In this document: positions 1-7,263 of the stretch, piece by piece | Position numbering within the stretch: position 1 is the stretch's first letter | How the letters are laid out: each line of letters begins with the position of its first letter | Assembly (NCBI GenBank): GCA_031425655.1 | Contig: JANPJS010000060.1 | Span: 1 to 11,133, forward strand | Source: Abditibacteriaceae bacterium | GTDB lineage: Bacteria; Armatimonadota; Abditibacteriia; Abditibacteriales; Abditibacteriaceae | Length of the DNA stretch: 11,133 nucleotides | Direction: 5' to 3' | Translations under genes and position numbers: made by a program | Notes under the pieces: generated by a model | Database searches by the model: none | Seen by the model: the letters and a program-made list of their open reading frames with translations, nothing else | Told to the model about the DNA's origin: nothing

Positions 1-1
1 C

Positions 2-1294
2 TTTAGCTACCTGTGGGGCGCGCTCGGCGCGGGCGCGGGCGGGCCGCTGGCGGCATCCGCGTTTTTCAAAGAAGCGGCGTGGCACCTCGACCTCGTGCGG
101 CGCAGCGACGGCTCATTTACCTACGACGGCGACGAGCAATACGGCCCCGGCAAAACCGACGACAACACCTACTACGGCAAAAGCGGCTACTATGGCATGA
201 GTCCCACGGCGTGTTACGTGCTGACCTACGCGCTGCCCCTGAAAAAGCTGTGGATTACCGGCAAAGACGCCGACCCGGCCAATACCCTCACCCAAAAAAG
301 CGTGGCCGAAGCGGTTTTTTCGGGCAATTTCTACCAAGTGCGCGAGAAGAAATCGGTGCCGGAACTGGTGTCCGCCCTCAGCGACTGGTCGCCGGTGGTG
401 CGCGGCATGGCCGCCGAAGAACTCGCCAAGCGTCCTGAAGCCAAAACCATGATTCCCGCGCTCATCGCGATGGCCGAAGGCAAAGATGCCTGGAAACGTC
501 AGGGCGCCGCCGAAACGCTGGGTTATCTAAAAACGCCCGAAGCGTTGCCCATTCTGGTGCGCTTGCTGGTTCACGAAGACCGCTGGCTGCGCGTCAAGGC
601 CGCCGAGGCGCTCAAAGGCATGGGCGACCGGGCCAAACCCGTTGTCACCGATATGCTCAAAGCCGTAGTCGCCACCGCCGAACCGGCCTTTCCGATTGTG
701 TGGGCCGACCCGGTGCAGCTCACACACGGCCAATTGGCAGCGGCGCTGTTCGGCGGCTTGCTGCGCGGCTCCATCGAAGGCATTGACGTGAAATTGCTCT
801 ATCCGGCGATTCAAGCCGTCGCGCAAAACGCCGATGGCATGGCGCGTGGCACGCTGTCGCACACGCTCGCCAACCAGTTGAAGCTCGAAGACGTGCAGGC
901 GCTGGCCCCCGACATTCTCGCGGCCATCGAAAAACCGGCCCCGGCGGACACGATGTTCAACAACGCGATTCGCATGTCGGCATTTCAAGCCCTGTCGAAA
1001 TATCATTTCAAGGAAGGCATCGCAGCGGGCGTTCGTCTTGCGAAAACTCAGGGTGGCTCCGGCAGCGAAAGCCGCACCGGTGAAATCATGAAGGGCATCG
1101 TTAGTTATGGCGCCGCCGCGCGCGAGGCCATTCCCCAACTCAATGAGTTAATTGATGTGCTCAACGAGCAAGTCAAAAAGAACGAATTTCCCGGTGGCGA
1201 ACTCAATAACCGTCGCGTCAACGCCGTCAAAGACGCCATCAAAGCCATCGAAGCCGCCACCACACAGCCGGAGTTGCGCAGCATTCAAAAATAA
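2..1294 (+). CDS. 5'-truncated large protein with C-terminal HEAT repeats, probably DUF6288-type
   Basis: The frame is open from base 2 (FSYLWGALGAGAGGPLAASAFFKEAAWHLDLVRRSDGSFTYDG...), so the ORF-track start at 95 is internal. HEAT-like repeats: LSDWSPVVRGMAAEELAK, DAWKRQGAAETLG, HEDRWLRVKAAEALKGMG. TAA at 1292-1294. The DUF6288 call rests on recalled similarity of the FSYLW...RRSDGSF segment. Confidence 0.75.
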   Translation, partial: FSYLWGALGAGAGGPLAASAFFKEAAWHLDLVRRSDGSFTYDGDEQYGPGKTDDNTYYGKSGYYGMSPTACYVLTYALPLKKLWITGKDADPANTLTQKSVAEAVFSGNFYQVREKKSVPELVSALSDWSPVVRGMAAEELAKRPEAKTMIPALIAMAEGKDAWKRQGAAETLGYLKTPEALPILVRLLVHEDRWLRVKAAEALKGMGDRAKPVVTDMLKAVVATAEPAFPIVWADPVQLTHGQLAAALFGGLLRGSIEGIDVKLLYPAIQAVAQNADGMARGTLSHTLANQLKLEDVQALAPDILAAIEKPAPADTMFNNAIRMSAFQALSKYHFKEGIAAGVRLAKTQGGSGSESRTGEIMKGIVSYGAAAREAIPQLNELIDVLNEQVKKNEFPGGELNNRRVNAVKDAIKAIEAATTQPELRSIQK

Positions 1295-1322
1295 GTGGTC
1301 GGGCAGCGCCGGTTGAGCCGCT

Positions 1323-1988
1323 ATGCACCATCTCTTTTTCATTATCACCGTCCTCGCGGCCTCCGTCGCGGCATAGTCGCCAACACTTGTTCAATCACCA
1401 GCCAAAGCGCTTGCGCCAGCTAAGGCGGTGGATTTTGAAAAAGAGATTCAGCCGATTTTCGCCGCCAAGTGCCTTTGGTGCCACGGCGCAGCCAAGCAAA
1501 AAGGCGGCTATCGGCTCGATGTGCAAGAGAGCGCGCTGCGCGGCGGCGAGGCACACACGCCGAACATTGTGCCCGGTAGCAGCGCCAAAACGGTTGATAA
1601 AACCGATTGGTGGTCGCTCAAACCCGTCGTAAAAGCCGCGCCGTCGGGCGCTGGCCATCCGATTGATGCCTTCATCGCCGCGCGTCTTGCCGGAAAAGGC
1701 TTGCAAATGGCGCCGCAGGCCAACGCGCGCACGCTGGGTCGCCGTTTATATTTCGACCTGACGGGATTGCCGCCCACGCCCGCAGATCTGGACGCCTTCG
1801 CCGCCGACAAAGCGCCGGACGCCTACGAAAAGCTGGTGGACAAACTGCTGGCGTCGCCGCGCTATGGCGAATGCTGGGCGCGGCATTGGTTAGATGTGGT
1901 GCATTACGGCGAAACGCACGGCTACGACAAAGATCAGCCGCGCGCCAACTCGTGGCCCTAACGCGACTATGTAATTCGCGCTTTCAAC
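1323..1988 (+). pseudogene. Degraded planctomycete cytochrome c (CxxCH) + DUF1549 domain gene
   Basis: ATG 1323 begins signal peptide MHHLFFIITVLAASVAA, interrupted by in-frame TAG 1374-1376. Then VDFEKEIQPIFAAKCLWCHG (CxxCH at 1470-1484) and DUF1549 motifs [40 protein letters not shown]. In-frame TAA 1959-1961 replaces the Tyr of WP(Y)RDYVIRAFN, and similarity ends at about 1988. Confidence 0.88.
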
Positions 1989-2146
1989 CGCTCGACCGCA
2001 ACGCGCCGACCGAGGTCTACGACATCCACGCCACGATTTTGCACTTGCTGGGCCTTGACCACACCCGCCTCACGATCCGCAACAGTGGCATAGACCGCCG
2101 CCTGACCGATGTGCATGGCCACGTTCTGGAAAAATTACTGGCGTGA
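1988..2146 (+). pseudogene. C-terminal remnant of a DUF1501 family gene
   Basis: In a different frame from the preceding fragment: [52 protein letters not shown], the characteristic DUF1501 C-terminus ([14 protein letters not shown]....G...RLTDV.G). It has no start of its own. Confidence 0.88.
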
Positions 2147-2149
2147 ATT
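2096..2149 (+). repeat. Left copy of a 54-bp direct repeat (DUF1501 3' end, [16 protein letters not shown])
   Basis: cgc cgc ctg acc gat gtg cat ggc cac gtt ctg gaa aaa tta ctg gcg tga att matches 4401-4454 at 45/54 positions without gaps. Confidence 0.92.
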
Positions 2150-2154
2150 GGAGG
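2150..2154 (+). promoter_or_regulatory. Shine-Dalgarno GGAGG for the CDS at 2163
   Basis: GGAGG ends 8 nt upstream of ATG 2163. Confidence 0.6.
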
Positions 2155-2162
2155 CCTCGGAG

Positions 2163-2906
2163 ATGAAACGAACAGATTTTGCAGCGATTTTGGGAATGAC
2201 GTTGGTTTTGGGGTGCTTTTGGGGCGCGCAGGCGCAAAACGTGCCAAAAATCACCGCGCAAATCGCCGCGCCGTCGCGCTTGAACCTCGAAGCCGCGCAC
2301 TCTTTTCCGGTTTCGATACGCGGTCGCATTTTTCACAATGGCAGCCGCCCGCTTGAAAATCTAACGATTCAGGCGCCGGGCGCTTGGATATTTTGCGACG
2401 GAAAAATTGCCAAAGACGGCGCGATGGATGTCGTCGCCAAGCATGGCGAGGTTAACGCGACGATACGTTTGCGCCCTGCGGCGATAAAAGACAAAAACGA
2501 ATACAAATGCACGGTTGCGCCAACCGAAGCACCCGAATTAATTCTTGCGGCGGCGACGATAAAGATGCGGCGCGCGGCCTCCATCGAAGCGGTAGAAACA
2601 TCGGAGGTTTTATGGGCCAAAAGCAAAACGCCGCAGCGTTTGCGCTTTATCGTTCGCGACCAAAACAAGCAGCCGCTGGAAAGCGTGCCGTGTTTTGCGC
2701 GCTATACCATGCAGCCGCACGACCTTCGCTATTTCAAATGGAAGCAAGACAAAACATTCGCGGTGTGCAGCGACGCGCAAGGCATGATGACGATAGAACC
2801 GCCTGTTCCCATTGTGGCGGGGCGTTCGAGTCTTCGCGTTTGGCGCGGCGATTTGAGCAGTAAAAAAGTTGAATTTATCTGGCGCATGGGAGTGAAGCCT
2901 CAGTGA
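2163..2906 (+). CDS. Secreted hypothetical protein with Ig-like domains (247 aa), divergent paralogue 1
   Basis: ATG 2163 with RBS is preferred over 2109. Signal peptide MKRTDFAAILGMTLVLGCFWGAQA. Shares its layout with the next two genes: VRDQNKQPLESVPCFARY ~ VKDQFGDPVPDYPCFARF, SDAQGMMTIEPP ~ TDQNGVATFEIPP, and a near-terminal Trp. Confidence 0.75.
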   Translation: MKRTDFAAILGMTLVLGCFWGAQAQNVPKITAQIAAPSRLNLEAAHSFPVSIRGRIFHNGSRPLENLTIQAPGAWIFCDGKIAKDGAMDVVAKHGEVNATIRLRPAAIKDKNEYKCTVAPTEAPELILAAATIKMRRAASIEAVETSEVLWAKSKTPQRLRFIVRDQNKQPLESVPCFARYTMQPHDLRYFKWKQDKTFAVCSDAQGMMTIEPPVPIVAGRSSLRVWRGDLSSKKVEFIWRMGVKPQ

Positions 2907-3643
2907 AAAAATGCTCGCTCGCTTTACTGATCGGAGCTTCCGCCGCGTGGACTTTCGCCATTGCACAGCCACTGTTGCCAATAGAGCCACATTTTGTTGC
3001 CGAAGCGCCGCCTAAGCCGCTTACGGCCATCATTTCTGCGCCGGGCGAAGTAAATTTAGGCAACACTTCGGGCTTCACGGTGCAAATTGCGTTGCAATCG
3101 AACAATGGCAAGGCTTTGCCAGAGCGGATTCGTTTACGCACAATCGGCGGCTATATTTTGAATGGCGACGTTTTGAATGAGCCGGGCGAAGCCGTTTTGC
3201 CGGTTGAAAATGGCCTCGCGCACGCCGAAATCGTGCTTCATGGTGTGCAGTGGAGGAGTAAAGACACGCTTGAAATCAATGTCACGCCGGTTGATGAGAC
3301 CTTTAATTTTATCGGCGTGGCGCAGGTGAAAATTCGCGATGCCTTCAAAAGCGAAGTCGCTGAAATATCCAAAACGCTCAAAGCCGACGTCCAAGAAAAG
3401 GGCGTTTTCAAGGCTTTGGTGAAAGATCAATACGGCGACCCTGTGCCGGATATGCCTTGTTTCATGGGAGCCGAATTGCCCGGCCAAAACAGCGATGTGG
3501 AAATTGCCGGACGCACCGACCAAAATGGCGTGGCCACCTTTGAAATTCCGCCGGTCAATCGCGCCGGGCAAGGCTCCATTTGGCTGCTCGTCCAGCGCGC
3601 TGTCATCCCGCAATGCTATATCGAATGGAAGGCTAAACCGTGA
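2903..3643 (+). CDS. Secreted protein with Big-1/invasin-like Ig domain (246 aa), paralogue 2
   Basis: GTG start overlaps the upstream TGA (GTGA). Signal peptide ends FAIA-Q. Motif TLKADVQEKGVFKALVKDQYGDPVPD...TDQNGVATF resembles bacterial Ig-like group 1 domains. Confidence 0.8.
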   Translation: MKKCSLALLIGASAAWTFAIAQPLLPIEPHFVAEAPPKPLTAIISAPGEVNLGNTSGFTVQIALQSNNGKALPERIRLRTIGGYILNGDVLNEPGEAVLPVENGLAHAEIVLHGVQWRSKDTLEINVTPVDETFNFIGVAQVKIRDAFKSEVAEISKTLKADVQEKGVFKALVKDQYGDPVPDMPCFMGAELPGQNSDVEIAGRTDQNGVATFEIPPVNRAGQGSIWLLVQRAVIPQCYIEWKAKP

Positions 3644-3678
3644 AAAGAGGCAAAATAGGCACACAGAATTTATTATTC

Positions 3679-4410
3679 ATGAAGAAACAGTGGTCTTTCG
3701 GGTTAATCGGCGCGGCTTTGGTTTTCAAATTCGCCGCCGCGCAGCCGTTACTGCCACCGGCGCCAGAACCTGCCGAAGCGCCGCCCAAGCCGCTTGTCGC
3801 GGCTGTATCTGCGCCGAAGGAAGTGTGTTTGGGCAACTCGAACGGCTTTACGGTGCGTGTGGCCGTGCAGTCGAACGATGGCAAGGCGTTGCCGGAGGGC
3901 GTTTGCCTGCGCAGTTTTGCGCCGATGGCGTGCGGCGACCAATTTAGCGACAAAGGACAAATAGAATTGCCTTTGGAAAACGGGCAAGCCAGCGCCGAAA
4001 TTATATTCACCGCGTTTAGCTGGAATGTCCGTGAGCCGTTTAGAATTGAAGTTACGCCAGTAGACGAACCGTTTACATTTCTTGGCGCGGCGGAGATAAA
4101 AATCCGCGATGTGGACGGCAGTGAAATTATCGAAGCTCCCAAAACGCTCAAAGCCGACGGCAAGGAAAAAGGCGTTTTCAAAGTGCGCGTCAAAGACCAA
4201 TTTGGCGACCCCGTTCCGGATTATCCTTGCTTTGCGCGTTTTTATTCGCCCGACGACGATAGACCTGATTTACCGGGGCGCACCGACCAAAACGGCGTGG
4301 CGACCTTTGAAATTCCACCTGTCAAACGCGCCGGACATGGCAGCGTGCAGTTCGTTTCCAAAACCACTGTTGCAAACCAATGCCTCATCGAATGGATAAA
4401 CGCCGACTGA
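3679..4410 (+). CDS. Secreted protein with Big-1/invasin-like Ig domain (243 aa), paralogue 3
   Basis: ATG 3679 (MKKQWSFGLIGAALVFKFAAA-QPLLP) aligns with the start of paralogue 2; the alternative start is the overlapping GTG at 3640. About 55% identity to paralogue 2 by hand alignment. Motif TLKADGKEKGVFKVRVKDQFGDPVPD. Confidence 0.8.
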   Translation: MKKQWSFGLIGAALVFKFAAAQPLLPPAPEPAEAPPKPLVAAVSAPKEVCLGNSNGFTVRVAVQSNDGKALPEGVCLRSFAPMACGDQFSDKGQIELPLENGQASAEIIFTAFSWNVREPFRIEVTPVDEPFTFLGAAEIKIRDVDGSEIIEAPKTLKADGKEKGVFKVRVKDQFGDPVPDYPCFARFYSPDDDRPDLPGRTDQNGVATFEIPPVKRAGHGSVQFVSKTTVANQCLIEWINAD

Positions 4411-4454
4411 CCGACGTGCGTGGTCATGTCCTCGAAAAATTGCTGGCCTGAATT
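4401..4454 (+). repeat. Right copy of the 54-bp direct repeat (orphan DUF1501 3' end, [16 protein letters not shown])
   Basis: cgc cga ctg acc gac gtg cgt ggt cat gtc ctc gaa aaa ttg ctg gcc tga att; 45/54 identical to 2096-2149. Confidence 0.92.
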
Positions 4455-4498
4455 CGTCGGGCCGTCGGGAGTAAACTCAGCGGACGGAAAACACCACT

Positions 4499-5578
4499 AT
4501 GGACAAAAACGCCAAGACTTTTCTCTTTGATTTGCTCGCCACGCCCAGCCCTACGGGTTTTGAACTCGCTGGTCAGCGCAAGTGGGCCGACTACGTTCGC
4601 AAATTCTCCGACCGCGTGGAAAACGACGCCTACGGCACCGCCTGGGCCACGCTCGATGGGCAGGGCACCAATCCGCGCCGCATTATGATTGAGGCGCACG
4701 CCGACGAGATTGGCTTCATCGTGAAGCACATCGCCAAAGACGGTTTTATTCGCGTGGATCGCATCGGCGGCAGCGACACCGCCACGGCGCGTGGGCGGCG
4801 TCTCGATTTTCAGGGCGACAAAGGCATCGTGCGCGGCATTATCGGCAACACGGCCATCCACCTGCGCAAAGATATTAACGACGAGAAGACCCCGAAAATC
4901 CACGAACTGTATGTGGACATCGGCGCAGCGTCCGACAAAGAAGTTGCAAAACTGGGTCTGCGCGTTGGGCACCCCGCTGTTTACGCCGATACCGTCGAGG
5001 CATTCGGCCCGCATCGCATCATAGGCCGCGCGCTCGACAACCGCCTCGGCAGCTTTGTGCTGTCGCAGGTGCTGGTGCGGCTATCCAAAAAACGGGCGAA
5101 TTTGCGTAGCACCGTCATTGCCGTGAACGCCGTGCAGGAGGAAATCGGCGGACACGGCGCGAAGATGGTCGCGCACCGCCTGATGCCCGATGTCGCCATC
5201 GTTCTTGATGTGACGCACGCCACCGACACGCCCGGCATTGATGTTTCCGTGCATGGTGAAGTGAAATTCGGAGCCGGGCCGGGCATCACGCACGGCGCTT
5301 GCAATCACCCAAACGTGGTCAAGCGCCTCGTTAAAGTGGCTGAGAAAAACAAGATTCCGCTCCAGCACGAGAGCGTTTCACGTTGCAGCGGCACCGACAC
5401 CGATGTGATTTTCAACGTAAAAGAAGGCATTCCCAGCGCGTTGGTGTCGTTTCCTCTCCGTTATATGCACTCCGTGGTGGAAATGGCCGACTTGCGCGAC
5501 GTTGAAAAAACCATCGAACTTCTCGTCGCTTTCATCGAAAGCGTCAGCGAAGACGACGACTTTGCCCACAAGCTGTAG
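4499..5578 (+). CDS. M42 family metallo-aminopeptidase (TET-like)
   Basis: Motifs TPSPTGFE, AHADEIG, LYVDIGA, RALDNRLG, VQEEIG, DVTHA, GTDTD, PLRYMHS supply the full dinuclear metal ligand set; 359 aa. Confidence 0.95.
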   Translation: MDKNAKTFLFDLLATPSPTGFELAGQRKWADYVRKFSDRVENDAYGTAWATLDGQGTNPRRIMIEAHADEIGFIVKHIAKDGFIRVDRIGGSDTATARGRRLDFQGDKGIVRGIIGNTAIHLRKDINDEKTPKIHELYVDIGAASDKEVAKLGLRVGHPAVYADTVEAFGPHRIIGRALDNRLGSFVLSQVLVRLSKKRANLRSTVIAVNAVQEEIGGHGAKMVAHRLMPDVAIVLDVTHATDTPGIDVSVHGEVKFGAGPGITHGACNHPNVVKRLVKVAEKNKIPLQHESVSRCSGTDTDVIFNVKEGIPSALVSFPLRYMHSVVEMADLRDVEKTIELLVAFIESVSEDDDFAHKL

Positions 5579-5585
5579 CGCGGTT

Positions 5586-5716
5586 TTTGGCAGAAAGATG
5601 TTGGGCAGAAAAATGAATGGGATTGGCAAAAAATGAAATGGCAAAAAAAAATCTATTTTTTGCCAATCAATTTTTCGCCAGAAATCCATTTTTCTGCCCA
5701 ACATTTTTCTGCCAAA
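5586..5716. repeat. Nested inverted repeat built of GGCARAAARAT-like units (REP/MITE-like, possible bidirectional terminator)
   Basis: Outer arms 5586-5615 and 5687-5716 are reverse complements at 29/30 positions. Inner arms 5621-5634 (GATTGGCAAAAAAT) and 5655-5668 match at 14/14. It lies between two convergent stop codons. Confidence 0.9.
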
Positions 5717-5740
5717 GCCTCAAAGCGGGAAGCGTATTTT

Positions 5741-7120
5741 TTAGGCCAAATCTTTGGCCCGCCAGCCGCTGCGCGCTTCGACGTTGATGAGTTTGGCGGC
5801 TTCGGCGTTGCCTTCGATTTGCAGCTTTTCGGCGTTCCACTTCACGGTTTGGCCGGTGCGAATGGCTAAGGTGCCCAGCAAAATCGCCTCGGTGAGCGGG
5901 CCGGAGTAGCTGAAATCCGAGCAGGACTTGCGGCCCGCTTTGATGGCGTCAATCCAGTCGCGGTGAATGCCATTGGTGCGCGGCAGCGTCTTGGGCACGC
6001 GCTTGTCGGGATTGGCGCGGTAGTCTTCCCAGCGCGCTTTCGGATAGAGTTGCGGGCTGTCGGGGCGCATTCCGGCGTGGTAGATGCCGCCGTTTTCGCC
6101 GACGATGATCAGGCCGCCTTCGCCGGCGAGGTTGCCCAAATCGTAACCGGCGGGCGCTTCGGGCCGGCTGGGGCCTTCGAACCATTTCACCGACACGGCG
6201 GGCTTATCGCCGCGCGCCGCGAAGTTGTAGGTGACAATCGAACCGTTAGGCGTGTGAATCGGGTTGACCTTGTCTTTCATCTCCACATCCACGCTGGTGG
6301 GCGCGCCCAAATCGAGCACCCAAAACGGCGTGTCAATAGTGTGGCAGCCGATGTCGCCCAGGCCGCCGGCGCCAAAGTCCCACCACGGACGCCACGTCGT
6401 GGGGTGCAAAGCCGGGTTAAAGCCGATTTGCTTGTCCACCGGCCCCAGCCACAAGTCCCAGTCCATGCCCGCAGGCGGCGTTTGCGCCGGCGGATATTCG
6501 GTTTTCACGTTGCCGTTGAAGCCCCAACCCGACTTCGGACGATCCGTCCACGAGATGACTTCCTTCACGTTGCCGATGAGTCCGGCTTGATACCATTCCT
6601 TGATCAAACGCGCGCCCTCGAAGGCATGGCCCTGGTTGCCCATCTGCGTGACGAGATTCTTTTTGACGGCCAGTTCTTTCAACATGCGCGCTTCCCAAAT
6701 GGTGTGCGTCAGCGGCTTTTCCACGAAAACGTGCTTGCCCATGCTCATCGCCATATAAGCGATAGCAAAGTGCGTGTGGTCGGGCGTGCCGACACCGACG
6801 GCGTCAATTTTGTCGCCCATCTCAGTCAGCATTTTGCGAAAGTCCATGTAAATCTTGGCGTCCGGGAATTTCTCCTTGGCGCGCGGCCACATATTGGGAT
6901 CGCAGTCGGCTAACGCGACGACGTTGTTGCCGTTCGCGCAGGCGTTGAGGTCGCCCCAGCCCATGTTGCCAAAGCCGACCCAGGCGATGTTCAGCTTTTC
7001 GTTGGCGCCGCGCACCGCTTTGGGCAAAATCAGCGGCGCGGCGAAGGTGGCGCCCAGTGCGGCGGCAGACTGCTTGATGAAAGTGCGGCGAGATGAGTGA
7101 TTCGTTGTGGAATTTTTCAT
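5741..7120 (-). CDS. Tat-exported Gfo/Idh/MocA family oxidoreductase (459 aa)
   Basis: Start at ATG 7120 gives twin-arginine signal SSRRTFIKQSAAALG. Rossmann motif NIAWVGFGNMG, plus TPDHTH, HVFVEKPLTH, TQMGNQG, DWDLWLGP and GGLGDIGCH. The ORF-track extension to 7255 is not credible. Confidence 0.93.
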   Translation of the reverse strand: MKNSTTNHSSRRTFIKQSAAALGATFAAPLILPKAVRGANEKLNIAWVGFGNMGWGDLNACANGNNVVALADCDPNMWPRAKEKFPDAKIYMDFRKMLTEMGDKIDAVGVGTPDHTHFAIAYMAMSMGKHVFVEKPLTHTIWEARMLKELAVKKNLVTQMGNQGHAFEGARLIKEWYQAGLIGNVKEVISWTDRPKSGWGFNGNVKTEYPPAQTPPAGMDWDLWLGPVDKQIGFNPALHPTTWRPWWDFGAGGLGDIGCHTIDTPFWVLDLGAPTSVDVEMKDKVNPIHTPNGSIVTYNFAARGDKPAVSVKWFEGPSRPEAPAGYDLGNLAGEGGLIIVGENGGIYHAGMRPDSPQLYPKARWEDYRANPDKRVPKTLPRTNGIHRDWIDAIKAGRKSCSDFSYSGPLTEAILLGTLAIRTGQTVKWNAEKLQIEGNAEAAKLINVEARSGWRAKDLA

Positions 7121-7263
7121 GGTGAAAGTTTGACCATTTTTTCGAGCCTTCGATACGCCCGCGCCCAGAGAGAAATGCTCGCGCCGGCGCCAATAACGCC
7201 TCTGAGTCACAAAACACTCTTTTCTGTGCCACTTTTGCCCCCGAAACCAGCCCAATAATCACC
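7121..7263. promoter_or_regulatory. Divergent intergenic region (promoters expected, elements not identified)
   Basis: 143 bp between head-to-head starts at 7120 (-) and 7264 (+). Confidence 0.4.

Larger units (their letters stand above)
2096..4454. mobile_element. Putative integrated three-gene cassette bounded by duplicated DUF1501 3' ends (no integrase present)
   Basis: Bounded by the direct repeats. The interior is visibly more AT-rich than the flanks (sampled 60-nt lines about 42-58% GC versus about 63% in a flanking line). Mobility itself is inferred. Confidence 0.45.

Noticed and set aside
1374..1961. In-frame TAG and TAA as stop-codon readthrough or recoding
   Set aside because: Two different stops co-occur with deletions and missense decay (YGECW where YGERW is usual), and TAA/TAG terminate intact genes in this window. 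Pseudogenisation is simpler.
4455..4498. Sigma70 promoter for the M42 gene (TAAACT at 4472-4477)
   Set aside because: No convincing -35 element at the proper spacing; too weak to call.
5586..5716. CRISPR array or integron attC site
   Set aside because: Units are about 11 bp with only a few bases between them and they invert midway. There are no unique spacers, no cas or integrase gene, and no RYYYAAC/GTTRRRY ends.
5963..6913. Long antisense and alternate-frame ORFs (e.g. 5963-6913 +, 527-1138 -, 8722-9492 -, 4424-5014 -)
   Set aside because: They are shadows of well-supported genes in GC-rich DNA, with no recognisable motifs.
7121..7255. 45-aa N-terminal extension of the oxidoreductase
   Set aside because: It would bury the Tat signal and fill the divergent promoter region; ATG 7120 fits better.
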